Positions 1-8,183 are shown, counted from the stretch's first letter. The stretch is 53,888 nucleotides of DNA from an uncultured Candidatus Saccharibacteria bacterium (GCA_964521095.1 CAZFPJ010000002.1:215108-268995), one strand, 5' to 3'. Notes: a model not told the origin generated them from the letters alone. Numbers and translations: made by a program.

Positions 1-1
1 A

Positions 2-565
2 CTCAAACACAGTTTGCAGTTGGCTTATGATCCGGTAATTGCTTGTGGCAAGAACGCCACCACCCTACACTATACAAAGAACAATGCAGAGCTTTCTGGC
101 GAGCCAATTTTGCTAGATATTGGTTTGAGCTACAAGAATTATTCTGCAGATATTAGTCGTACAGTTAGCGTGGCACCCGATAGGCGCTTTGAGCAGGTTA
201 GAGGAGCTGTTTTGGAAGTCTATGATTTTGCGCTTGATATATTAAAGCCTGGCGTAATGTTGTCGGATTACGAGAAAAATATTGAACAGTTCATGGGCGA
301 TAAACTCATGAGTCTTGGGTTGATTGATGAGAATACCCATGAAAAAGTCAGAAGTTTTTATCCACACTCAACCTCACATTTTTTGGGTCTTGATGTGCAT
401 GATGTTGGCGATTACTCGAAACCATTAGCAGAAAACATGGTACTTACTTTAGAGCCAGGTATTTACTTGCCAAAAGAAAGCCTAGGGGTTCGCATAGAAG
501 ATGTTGTGTTAATAACAGAGGGTGGCGCAGAGTCATTGCTTTCGGGTGATCTTAGTAAAGTGTGA
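2..565 (+). CDS. Xaa-Pro aminopeptidase / M24 metallopeptidase, C-terminal part (5' end is upstream of the window)
   Basis: The ORF is open to the window edge. It carries pita-bread fold signatures HFLGLDVHD, LEPGIY and GVRIEDVV. Confidence 0.8.
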   Translation, partial: LKHSLQLAYDPVIACGKNATTLHYTKNNAELSGEPILLDIGLSYKNYSADISRTVSVAPDRRFEQVRGAVLEVYDFALDILKPGVMLSDYEKNIEQFMGDKLMSLGLIDENTHEKVRSFYPHSTSHFLGLDVHDVGDYSKPLAENMVLTLEPGIYLPKESLGVRIEDVVLITEGGAESLLSGDLSKV

Positions 566-577
566 TAATATAGCCCA

Positions 578-955
578 GTGATTTCACACAGACAAACATT
601 AGTAGGGAGTTTTATATTTAGGTGGTTGGTCAGTAGTCTTGGTCTTTGGGTAGCTGCAGGTTTGTTTGGTGGTATTAGCTATGACAGCTCTAGAGCAATC
701 ATAATATCCGGGTTTATCTTGGCGCTAATTAATATGGTTGTAAAGCCAATTGTAGTTATATTTTCATTGCCCGCATTGATATTCACGCTGGGGCTGTTCA
801 TGATTGTCATAAACGGTCTCATGGTTATGATCGCCAGCAAGCTGTATACGCCTCTGCACATAACTAGTTTTTGGACGGCCATGCTTGCAGGGATGGTGAT
901 TGGCTTGGTAAACTACCTAGTAGTAACTGTACTTGAGGACAAAGGAGCACGATGA
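578..955 (+). CDS. Small 4-TM membrane protein, DUF360 / phage-holin-IV-like family
   Basis: 125 aa with four hydrophobic helices. The LPALIFTLGLFMIVINGLMVM core is typical of DUF360. GTG start. Confidence 0.6.
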   Translation: MISHRQTLVGSFIFRWLVSSLGLWVAAGLFGGISYDSSRAIIISGFILALINMVVKPIVVIFSLPALIFTLGLFMIVINGLMVMIASKLYTPLHITSFWTAMLAGMVIGLVNYLVVTVLEDKGAR

Positions 956-1164
956 CAATATACGGATACATTACAATCATATCAGCAGTGATAATGACAA
1001 TTCTCATATTGGTGCAAACTCGTGGTGCGGGTTTGGGTGCTGGACTTGGCGGTGGAGGCGAAGTTAATACGGTTAGGCGAGGGTCAGACCGCACAATTCA
1101 TCAGATTACGATTATTTGTGCCTTAGTATTCGCTCTCTCGCTCATCTTGGGCGTTCTAGGCTAG
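952..1164 (+). CDS. secG: Preprotein translocase subunit SecG
   Basis: 70 aa with two TM helices flanking the Gly-rich loop QTRGAGLGAGLGGGGE. The start overlaps the upstream stop as ATGA. Confidence 0.75.
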   Translation: MTIYGYITIISAVIMTILILVQTRGAGLGAGLGGGGEVNTVRRGSDRTIHQITIICALVFALSLILGVLG

Positions 1165-1176
1165 AGGTTTATAGTC

Positions 1177-2964
1177 TTGAAATTAGTTAGCAGAAAAACC
1201 TCGCTACGCATAAGAAGAGTTTTTCGACGGCGCAAACGACAAGTCGAAGACATTAGTTCGGTCGCAGATAAACACATAGATAAACACATTTTTAGACGAC
1301 TCATCCGTTTGGCCGGTGTTCGTCGTTTTGTCGTTGGTTGGTCTTTACTGGTTGGCATCCTGATGGTTACTGTAGTTCTGCAAACACGAGCCATGGAGTC
1401 TCATTACAAAGACCTATCGCCAGTTGCAGGGGGTACTTTTACAGAGGGTATCTTGGGCTCTTTTACAGACGCCAACCCGATATACGCGACTAATGCTGTG
1501 GATAGTTCTGTGGCAAAGCTGGTCTTTGCTGGTCTTTTAAAGAATGACGCCAACGGACAGTTAGTAAATGACCTAGCCGATAAGTGGCAGGTTGATGAAT
1601 CTTCGCAGACCTACACAGTACACCTCCGGCCCAACCTAAAATGGCACGACGGAAAGCCCCTAACTGCTGATGATGTGGTGTTCACCTATGAGCTTATGCA
1701 AAATCCAGATGCGCGCTCACACCTACAGGCCAGCTGGAGGGGCATTAAAGTTAGTAAGGTAGATAACCGAACAGTTACTTTTAAGCTACCCAACAAACTA
1801 AGTGCTTTTCCGTATTCTTTAACAACCGGGTTGTTGCCTAAACATATCTTAAAAGATGTGCCCCCAGAACAACTACGGTCACATAAATTTAACACTCAAA
1901 GCCCAGTCGGAGCGGGTCCATTTAAATTTGATCGAGTTCAGGTGACAGGCGATGCAGTTCAGCGAGAAGAGCGGGTGGGTTTGAGTGGATTCGATGATTT
2001 TTATGCTGGCAAGCCTAAGATAAATCGGTTCATTATTAAAACCTTTAAAGACGAAGACGCTATGTCGTTGGCTTATTCCAAAAAACAGATAGATGCCATG
2101 GCAAACTTGCCGACAGTTTCTGATGAGTTCAACGATGACAGCACCACACAAGAGTTGTCTGCGAAGATGCTTGGGGAAGTGGCAGTATTTTTTAAGACCA
2201 GCCAGCCACCGCTCAACGATATGACAGTTAGGAATGCGTTGGTGTCGGCGTCTAACAGGGCTCAAGTTGTGGATAATATTCCATATCCACTGGCTATTGT
2301 CGACGAGCCTTTGCTTAAGTCTCATGTGGGATACAACAAAACATTCGCTCAGGTAGCAAACGGAGACACAGCCAAGGCCAATGGTTTGTTGGATGGCGCA
2401 GGCTGGGTAAAAGATCCTGCAACGGGTATCCGTTCTAAAGAAGGAAAGTCACTTTCCTTCAAGCTGGTGTCGCAGACTAATAGCGAATACGCTAGCGTTA
2501 CGCAGACCCTCCAGAAACAGTGGAAGGCTGTTGGGGTTGATGTCCAGGTGTCTTTGCAGTCCGAGCAAGAACTGCAATCTACAATTGCCCAGCATTCGTA
2601 CGATGCGTTATTGTACGCTGTATCACTTGGTTCAGACCCAGATGTTTTTGCATATTGGCATGGCTCGCAGGCAGACATAAGGTCCGAAACCAGGCTTAAT
2701 TTTAGTGAGTATAAATCATCTGTAGCAAATGAAGGTTTAGAAGGCGGTCGCACTCGGTATGATCCTGGTGTTCGGGCTGTAAAATACAAAACCTTTTTGG
2801 AATCTTGGCAGAAAGATGCCCCGGCGCTTGTGCTGTACCAGCCTAGATATTTATTTGTGGTCCGTTCGCCGTTTAGTGGTTTTAATACATCCGTTGTTAC
2901 TTCAGCAACTGACCGTTACGCTAATGTTACTGAGTGGACCGTCAAAGAAGACTATCGATATTAA
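1177..2964 (+). CDS. ABC transporter substrate-binding protein, family 5 (peptide/nickel type), N-terminally membrane anchored
   Basis: 595 aa with a basic N-terminus and one TM helix. SBP_bac_5-like segments include LVNDLADKWQVDESSQTYTVHLRPNLKWHDGKPLTADDVVFTYE. The TTG start is uncertain. Confidence 0.7.
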   Translation: MKLVSRKTSLRIRRVFRRRKRQVEDISSVADKHIDKHIFRRLIRLAGVRRFVVGWSLLVGILMVTVVLQTRAMESHYKDLSPVAGGTFTEGILGSFTDANPIYATNAVDSSVAKLVFAGLLKNDANGQLVNDLADKWQVDESSQTYTVHLRPNLKWHDGKPLTADDVVFTYELMQNPDARSHLQASWRGIKVSKVDNRTVTFKLPNKLSAFPYSLTTGLLPKHILKDVPPEQLRSHKFNTQSPVGAGPFKFDRVQVTGDAVQREERVGLSGFDDFYAGKPKINRFIIKTFKDEDAMSLAYSKKQIDAMANLPTVSDEFNDDSTTQELSAKMLGEVAVFFKTSQPPLNDMTVRNALVSASNRAQVVDNIPYPLAIVDEPLLKSHVGYNKTFAQVANGDTAKANGLLDGAGWVKDPATGIRSKEGKSLSFKLVSQTNSEYASVTQTLQKQWKAVGVDVQVSLQSEQELQSTIAQHSYDALLYAVSLGSDPDVFAYWHGSQADIRSETRLNFSEYKSSVANEGLEGGRTRYDPGVRAVKYKTFLESWQKDAPALVLYQPRYLFVVRSPFSGFNTSVVTSATDRYANVTEWTVKEDYRY

Positions 2965-3076
2965 AGATTTCTCGGCCGTATCATTGCAGACAATACTTTG
3001 TTCTATGCCAAAAACAATTCATGGTAATATATAATCTAGATGATAGCTAATGCTTACGGGGTTATGACAATAATTT

Positions 3077-4714
3077 ATGAGTAAAGTTGCGCATTATTTG
3101 CAAGAACACCTGTCTGGAGAGGTAACAATTGGGGCAGATGTTCGTAGATATTTTTCTACAGATGCAAGTGTTTTTGAGCTAGCCCCAGCAATTGTGGTTT
3201 ATCCTAGAAACGAAAACGACATCCGAAAGGCTACTCGATTTACTTGGCAGTTAGCCGAGAGAGGTCGAGCCGTGCCAATTACTGCTCGTGGTGCGGGTAC
3301 CGATCGTAGCGGCGCTGCTATAGGTAGTGGCATCATGTTGGTTTTTCCAGCTCATATGAATCGTATCCTAGAATTTGACGCCAAAACTGGTTCGGTCGCA
3401 GTCGAGCCCGGCCTTAACTATGCCAAAATGCAACAAGCCCTACATACGCATGGTCGTTTTTTGCCACCATTCCCTAGTTCTATAGAGTACTCAACTGTTG
3501 GTGGCGCTGTTGGCAATAATGCTGGAGGCGATAAGTCTGTAAAGTATGGTAATACCCGTAAATATGTCAAAGGCCTTAGGGTTGTCCTGGCTAACGGCGA
3601 AGTGATAGAAACTAGGCGACTTAATAAAAGAGAGTTAAACCGCAAGATGGGTCTTGCTACTTTTGAGGGCGAGATATACAGGGCTCTCGACACCCTAATA
3701 GAAGAAAACCACGACATAGTAAAAGCACTCCCATTGTCTGTTAGCAAAAACTCGGCAGGCTATGACTTGGCGTCAGTCAAAAACAAAGATGGCTCTTTTG
3801 ACCTAACTCCGCTAATTGTCGGCTCACAAGGCACTCTGGGGATAGTCAGCGAAATTAATTTTGCCACAGAGGCACATATACCTAGCAGTACGCTGGTGAT
3901 GGCGCAATTGCATGACCTAGAACAAGTGCAGGCACTCGTACGAGACCTAAAGAAGTTACAGTATCCACCTAGTGCCATAGAAATGGTAGACAAAAACCTG
4001 CTAGAGTTTGTTCACAAACAAAACCCCAACCAACTAAAAGATATCTTAAAGCCACCCTTTGCTAAGGCCATTTTATTTATAGAATTTGACGACCCTTCAC
4101 CGAGACATCAAAAGAAGATGCGTTCCAAGGTAGAAAAAATACTACACAAGTATACGGCAGAGTTCAGAGTTGAGACCGAAGAAGAAAAAAAAGAAGAGCT
4201 TTGGAAGGTTAGGCACGCTACAGCAGTTGTTACTGCCTACAGTAATGCCAAACAAAAAGCTGTGCCAGTTGTCGAAGATGGAATAGTGCCTACCGATAGA
4301 CTTGCCGAGTATCTGGACAACAGCTACTCTATTTTTAAGCGGTTCGGTGTAGATATTGCAGTATGGGGGCATATTGGTGACGGCAATCTGCACATGCAAC
4401 CATTCTTGGACCTTAGTCAGGTGGGCGACCGCCAAAAAGTCTTTAGGATGCTTGACGAGTATATGTCTATGGTCATAAGTCTAGGTGGTAGCACGACCGG
4501 AGAGCAGGGCGATGGTCGTTTAAGGGGAGCTTATTTGCCAAAACTTTACGGCGCAGAAACTTACGAATTGTTTGGAAAAGTAAAGAAGATATTTGACCCT
4601 TACAACATCATGAATCCAGGGGTAAAGATGGGCGTTACGCTGGACGATGCCAAAAAGTTGCTTCGTTATGACTATTCGCTAGACCATCTGCATGGCCACC
4701 TGCCAAGACTGTAA
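3077..4714 (+). CDS. FAD-binding oxidoreductase (GlcD / D-lactate dehydrogenase-like, PCMH-type FAD domain)
   Basis: 545 aa. The FAD-binding region reads VVYPRNENDIRKATRF...ITARGAGTDRSGAAIG, and the C-terminal FAD-oxidase_C-like part contains GHIGDGNLHMQPF and GEQGDGRLRG. Confidence 0.75.
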   Translation: MSKVAHYLQEHLSGEVTIGADVRRYFSTDASVFELAPAIVVYPRNENDIRKATRFTWQLAERGRAVPITARGAGTDRSGAAIGSGIMLVFPAHMNRILEFDAKTGSVAVEPGLNYAKMQQALHTHGRFLPPFPSSIEYSTVGGAVGNNAGGDKSVKYGNTRKYVKGLRVVLANGEVIETRRLNKRELNRKMGLATFEGEIYRALDTLIEENHDIVKALPLSVSKNSAGYDLASVKNKDGSFDLTPLIVGSQGTLGIVSEINFATEAHIPSSTLVMAQLHDLEQVQALVRDLKKLQYPPSAIEMVDKNLLEFVHKQNPNQLKDILKPPFAKAILFIEFDDPSPRHQKKMRSKVEKILHKYTAEFRVETEEEKKEELWKVRHATAVVTAYSNAKQKAVPVVEDGIVPTDRLAEYLDNSYSIFKRFGVDIAVWGHIGDGNLHMQPFLDLSQVGDRQKVFRMLDEYMSMVISLGGSTTGEQGDGRLRGAYLPKLYGAETYELFGKVKKIFDPYNIMNPGVKMGVTLDDAKKLLRYDYSLDHLHGHLPRL

Positions 4715-4783
4715 GGTTAGCTTCTTGGAATTTATAAGTACATAAGGTATCCTATAGTCTGACTTCTACCTCTATAAAATTAA

Positions 4784-4870
4784 GCGCAAGTGGCGGAATT
4801 GGTAGACGCGCAGGCTTGAGGGGCCTGTGGGAGCAATCCTGTGGAGGTTCAAGTCCTCTCTTGCGCACCA
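4784..4870 (+). tRNA. tRNA-Leu (anticodon GAG), long variable arm, CCA encoded
   Basis: Hand-folded cloverleaf. Acceptor stem is GCGCAAG/CTTGCGC, anticodon arm is CAGGC-TTGAGGG-GCCTG, T-loop is TTCAAGT. Confidence 0.92.
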
Positions 4871-4919
4871 ATTAACACTAGTAAAATGGTAAAAAAATTG
4901 GTAGAATATATCGACTCGT

Positions 4920-4996
4920 GGGTGATTAGCTCAGTTGGCTAGAGCACCTCGTTTACACCGAGGGGGTCGGGGGTTCGAATCCCTCATCACCCACCA
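4920..4996 (+). tRNA. tRNA-Val (anticodon TAC), CCA encoded
   Basis: Acceptor stem is GGGTGAT/ATCACCC, anticodon arm is CCTCG-TTTACAC-CGAGG, T arm is GGGGG-TTCGAAT-CCCTC. Confidence 0.95.
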
Positions 4997-5015
4997 CATA
5001 AATCTTTTACATTGT

Positions 5016-5104
5016 GGCTCTTTAGCTCAATTCGCAAAGGCAGAGGCCCGGAAGAGCAACGCCTGTGGCATATGATATAGTCCTCCTTGAGGGCACAAGG
5101 CTCT
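5016..5104 (+). pseudogene. Decayed tRNA-Phe-like copy (acceptor 5' strand and anticodon-arm remnant retained, no intact D or T arm)
   Basis: A 22-nt exact repeat, tacattgtggctctttagctca, occurs at 5008-5029 and 5137-5158. Diverged matches to tRNA-Phe follow it: gcagaggc..gaagagc, then gtcctc. Confidence 0.5.
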
Positions 5105-5144
5105 AAAGGTCTAGAACATTAATTACTTACACACACTACATTGT

Positions 5145-5220
5145 GGCTCTTTAGCTCAGTTGGTAGAGCAGAGGCTTGAAGAGCCTTGTGTCCTCGGTTC
5201 GAGTCCGAGAGGAGCCACCA
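5145..5220 (+). tRNA. tRNA-Phe (anticodon GAA), CCA encoded
   Basis: The fold is GGCTCTT-TA-GCTC-AGTTGGTA-GAGC-A-GAGGC-TTGAAGA-GCCTT-GTGTC-CTCGG-TTCGAGT-CCGAG-AGGAGCC-A-CCA. Confidence 0.95.
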
Positions 5221-5237
5221 AGTTTTTTCCTACATAT

Positions 5238-5371
5238 GCGGGCATAGCTCAATTGTTTAGAGTGAGGTATGTCTGTGACATATCGCAAGGAAACCTTCCG
5301 ATGGCAACTGGCTTGCCAATCGCGAAGTTTCGGGGTCGCAGAATGTGACCTTGCTTGCCAGGCCAAGGAGG
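5238..5371 (+). pseudogene. Decayed tRNA-Gly-like copy interrupted by about 85 nt of structured sequence
   Basis: Positions 5235-5264 match the tRNA-Gly leader, acceptor and D arm at 28 of 30 positions. An anticodon-arm-like remnant, accttgcttgccaggccaaggagg, lies at 5348-5371. There is no T arm. Confidence 0.5.
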
Positions 5372-5423
5372 CGCTAACTATAAGATTAGGGAATTAGCTT
5401 TCATTAACAGTTCAATACAGTAT

Positions 5424-5500
5424 GCGGGCATAGCTCAGTTGTTTAGAGCGCATCCTTGCCAAGGATGAGGCCGGGGGTTAGAGTCCCCCTGCCCGCACCA
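5424..5500 (+). tRNA. tRNA-Gly (anticodon GCC), CCA encoded, unusual D-loop and T-loop
   Basis: The fold is GCGGGCA-TA-GCTC-AGTTGTTTA-GAGC-G-CATCC-TTGCCAA-GGATG-AGGCC-GGGGG-TTAGAGT-CCCCC-TGCCCGC-A-CCA. Confidence 0.92.
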
Positions 5501-5827
5501 AATGTTTGAATTATGAGCCGCAAGGCTCTTTTTCTTTGTTTCAACGACTGTTCTAAAGGGGTCGTTGAGTATATAAGACAACTTCTTGTCCTTTAGCTCA
5601 ATGTTTGAAAGTACGTATTCCAGCAACTTCTGTCTTAGCCCCTCATCGCTCTCATTGAACAGCTGTTCAGCCCGTTGTGCCAAGTCTAACAGATAGGATG
5701 CGGTAACTTGAAAGTCTTTGTTGTCGCTTGTTAGCAACTTTAGGCGGTCATTTAGCTCCTGCTGTTTCTTTTCTAGCTCAGTTGCAATTTCATCGTGGAA
5801 TGTCTGTGTAATCCCCCCTAGTAACAC
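5435..5827 (-). pseudogene. C-terminal remnant of a large serine recombinase (no catalytic N-terminal domain); the ORF tail runs into tRNA-Gly
   Basis: The segment SYLLDLAQRAEQLFNESDEGLRQKLLEYVLSNIELKDKKLSYILNDPF resembles, from memory, the conserved C-terminal tail of large serine recombinases. The last ~25 codons are just the antisense of tRNA-Gly. Confidence 0.5.
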
Positions 5828-5831
5828 GCAC

Positions 5832-5861
5832 TTTACATAGTACCCCTAGGGGGTATATCAT
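5832..5861 (+). promoter_or_regulatory. Promoter with embedded CsoR-type palindromic operator
   Basis: The -35 is TTTACA (5832-5837). The palindrome TACCCC-tag-GGGGTA lies at 5841-5855. The -10 is TATATC or TATCAT (5854-5861), 6-8 nt before the ATG at 5868. Confidence 0.6.
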
Positions 5862-5867
5862 AGAAGT

Positions 5868-6152
5868 ATGATTAGCGACTTGAAGCAACGAGCGTTGCAC
5901 AGAGCCAAGATACTTGAGGGTCAGATGCGTGGTATCCAAAAGATGATTGAAAACGAAGACTATTGTATGGACATACTTACGCAAAACTTAGCCATTCAAA
6001 AGTCTCTCGGCTCTTTAAATAAGCTGATACTTGAAAATCACGTGCGAACACACATAAAAGAAAGCCTCAGTTCCGGCTCGGAAACAGACCAGGAGCAGGC
6101 AGTTACTGAAATGTTGAGTTTGTACGAGCTAACAAACATCAGGGGCAAATAG
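5868..6152 (+). CDS. CsoR/RcnR-family (DUF156) metal-sensing transcriptional repressor
   Basis: 94 aa containing HRAKILEGQMRGIQKMIENEDYCMDILTQNLAIQKSL...ENHVRTH, the family-typical helix pattern with Cys and His ligand positions. Confidence 0.85.
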   Translation: MISDLKQRALHRAKILEGQMRGIQKMIENEDYCMDILTQNLAIQKSLGSLNKLILENHVRTHIKESLSSGSETDQEQAVTEMLSLYELTNIRGK

Positions 6153-6154
6153 AG

Positions 6155-6523
6155 ATGAAGTACATAACAGCAATAAAGTCTGCCCTGATTTTATCAGCTG
6201 TTCTGCTCCTTAACTCTGTTGCTTTTGTTGGTCATACATCGGCAATGAGTACAATGTCGCACGATATGGGCGGGATGAGCCACAATTCCAGCGATACAAG
6301 CTCCTGTTCAACGCTATGCCGCACGGCGATTGTCAACCGAGAAGAAAATGCTGTCAGAAATGATGAAAATGAAGATGATGATGAGCCGGGGCTACCTTTT
6401 TATGTCCTAGATAATAACCGGGTATCTGACAGTAAAACACTTAAACAAGAACTTTATTCTGATGCGTTAAAACCGCCGCCAAAGATACCAGTCTATATTC
6501 TATATGGTGTATTCAGAGCTTGA
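6155..6523 (+). CDS. Secreted Met/His-rich hypothetical protein (possible metal-binding)
   Basis: It has a signal-peptide-like N-terminus followed by MSTMSHDMGGMSHNSSD. The start is 2 nt after the repressor stop. Confidence 0.55.
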   Translation: MKYITAIKSALILSAVLLLNSVAFVGHTSAMSTMSHDMGGMSHNSSDTSSCSTLCRTAIVNREENAVRNDENEDDDEPGLPFYVLDNNRVSDSKTLKQELYSDALKPPPKIPVYILYGVFRA

Positions 6524-6574
6524 GATTATGTTTGTTAGTGAGAAAGCACAATCTAAGACACCTCTGGAGAACAA

Positions 6575-7732
6575 ATGAAAAGAAAATATCTATGGCTAAT
6601 TGGCGGAACATCTGTCCTGCTCGTAGTAGTCGCTGCATTTCTACTTTTTCCTGTTATGGGAGCAAAAAACGCTAATGACAAAGTATATGTCGCAGCCGAA
6701 GACGCCGGGAGAATTGACGTTATCAGTCCCAAATCACGATCTGTCATTGCAAAAATAGACTTAGCCAATAAAGAAGATGCCGATGACACAATGTATATGG
6801 CACATAACGTCCAAGTTGCTCCTGATGGCAAATCTGTATGGGTTACTGCGAATGCTATGGCAAACCATACAGCGAGCTTGAAGACACGTATATTGAACAA
6901 GCTGTTCCCGACGGCGTATGCCGATGAAGGACACGATGAAGTAGCCACCAGTTCCGATCAAGTTGTTGTCATTGATCCTTTAACAGATAAGATAACAAGG
7001 CGGATTGATATAGGAACCGACCTGCACTTGGCACACGTGGTTCTAACGCCTGACAGTAAATTTGCTCTTGCTACATCACAGAATAAAGCTGAGGTTTACA
7101 AAATTGATACTGAAACCTTTAAAGTTGTCGGAACAGCAAAAGCAAAAACCAAAACCAAAACCAATGCAGAACCGCACGGGCTACGCATATCGCCGGACGG
7201 TAAAACCGCTTACGTTGCACTGATGGGAGATAAAAGTATTGGTAAGCTAAACCTGTCAACGCTAACATTTAAGTACATTCCATTGAATGGCACGCCTGTT
7301 CAAACTGGTATTACCGCAGATGGTAAATACGCTTTAGCATCTGTTTTTACTGACAAGAGTATGGCTATCGTTGATACTGCCAACGACAGCGTCAGGTATG
7401 CGTTATTACCGAGCGATGCAAAAGGACCGTTGCAGCTTTACCCGTCGTCTGATGCTCGCTATGCGTATGTCGCAGACCAGGGTAATGATTTTGGGCAACC
7501 GGCAGGAAACAGCTTGTATAAAGTTGACGTACAGCAAGCAAAGACTGTTCAGACTATACCAGTTGGCACAGCTCCGCACGGTGTGGTTGTATCGCCAGAC
7601 GATAGGTACACATACGTTACAAATATGGAGAGTGACGATGTTTCAGTAGTTGATAATAGCGTAGGAAAAGAAGTTGCTCGCATTAAAGTTGGCAAAAAAC
7701 CGAACGGAATAAGTTACTGGACTAAACAATAA
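6575..7732 (+). CDS. YVTN-type beta-propeller repeat protein, membrane anchored or secreted
   Basis: Repeated blades end in motifs such as TAYVALMGDKSIGKL, YAYVADQGN and YTYVTNMESDDVSVVD. An N-terminal TM helix is present. Confidence 0.7.
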   Translation: MKRKYLWLIGGTSVLLVVVAAFLLFPVMGAKNANDKVYVAAEDAGRIDVISPKSRSVIAKIDLANKEDADDTMYMAHNVQVAPDGKSVWVTANAMANHTASLKTRILNKLFPTAYADEGHDEVATSSDQVVVIDPLTDKITRRIDIGTDLHLAHVVLTPDSKFALATSQNKAEVYKIDTETFKVVGTAKAKTKTKTNAEPHGLRISPDGKTAYVALMGDKSIGKLNLSTLTFKYIPLNGTPVQTGITADGKYALASVFTDKSMAIVDTANDSVRYALLPSDAKGPLQLYPSSDARYAYVADQGNDFGQPAGNSLYKVDVQQAKTVQTIPVGTAPHGVVVSPDDRYTYVTNMESDDVSVVDNSVGKEVARIKVGKKPNGISYWTKQ

Positions 7733-7759
7733 TCGGATAATTAAGGATTGGAGATAACT

Positions 7760-8182
7760 ATGAAAAATAAGAGCATAATGACAATAGCACTGATTGCAAT
7801 CATCGTAGCGGCAGGATTTGGCGGCTACACGTTGGGTAATCAAAATGACGCTAAGAATACCAATACATCTGTTACCACTGAACAACAGTCAACGGCTACT
7901 GATCATAACTCAATGTCTATGATGGATATGAACAAACAGCTAGAGGGTTTATCGGGCGATGACTATGACAAAGCGTTCATTGAGATGATGATCACTCATC
8001 ACGAGGGAGCTGTTGATATGGCTGAGTTATCAGCCTCACGTGCAAAACACGATGAGATAAAACAACTAAGTCAAGCCATTATTACGGCTCAAGATAAGGA
8101 AATTGCGGATATGAAGCAATGGCAGCGAGACTGGGGCTATTCTACTGGCGAAATGAACGATATGATGCACGGTGGGCACTAA
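7760..8182 (+). CDS. DUF305 domain protein (copper-resistance associated)
   Basis: Contains FIEMMITHHEGAVDMA...AIITAQDKEIADMKQW. The ATG at 7760 follows GGAG by 6 nt and is preferred over the TTG at 7748 in the ORF track. Confidence 0.8.
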   Translation: MKNKSIMTIALIAIIVAAGFGGYTLGNQNDAKNTNTSVTTEQQSTATDHNSMSMMDMNKQLEGLSGDDYDKAFIEMMITHHEGAVDMAELSASRAKHDEIKQLSQAIITAQDKEIADMKQWQRDWGYSTGEMNDMMHGGH

Positions 8183-8183
8183 A

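Noticed and set aside
5151-5366. ORFs of 62-71 aa on both strands across the tRNA-Phe / pseudo-tRNA-Gly region (5151-5366 minus, 5160-5348 plus). Similar ORFs lie at 18151-18366 and 45528-45740.
   Set aside because: They are made of tRNA genes, tRNA fragments and hairpin spacers. They have no RBS or promoter logic and no recognisable protein features. They are ORF-finder artefacts.
7145-7162. The (AAAACC)3 hexanucleotide repeat, encoding KTKTKT, inside the beta-propeller gene.
   Set aside because: Three in-frame units in a loop region are too short to call a contingency repeat. It is most likely trivial low complexity.
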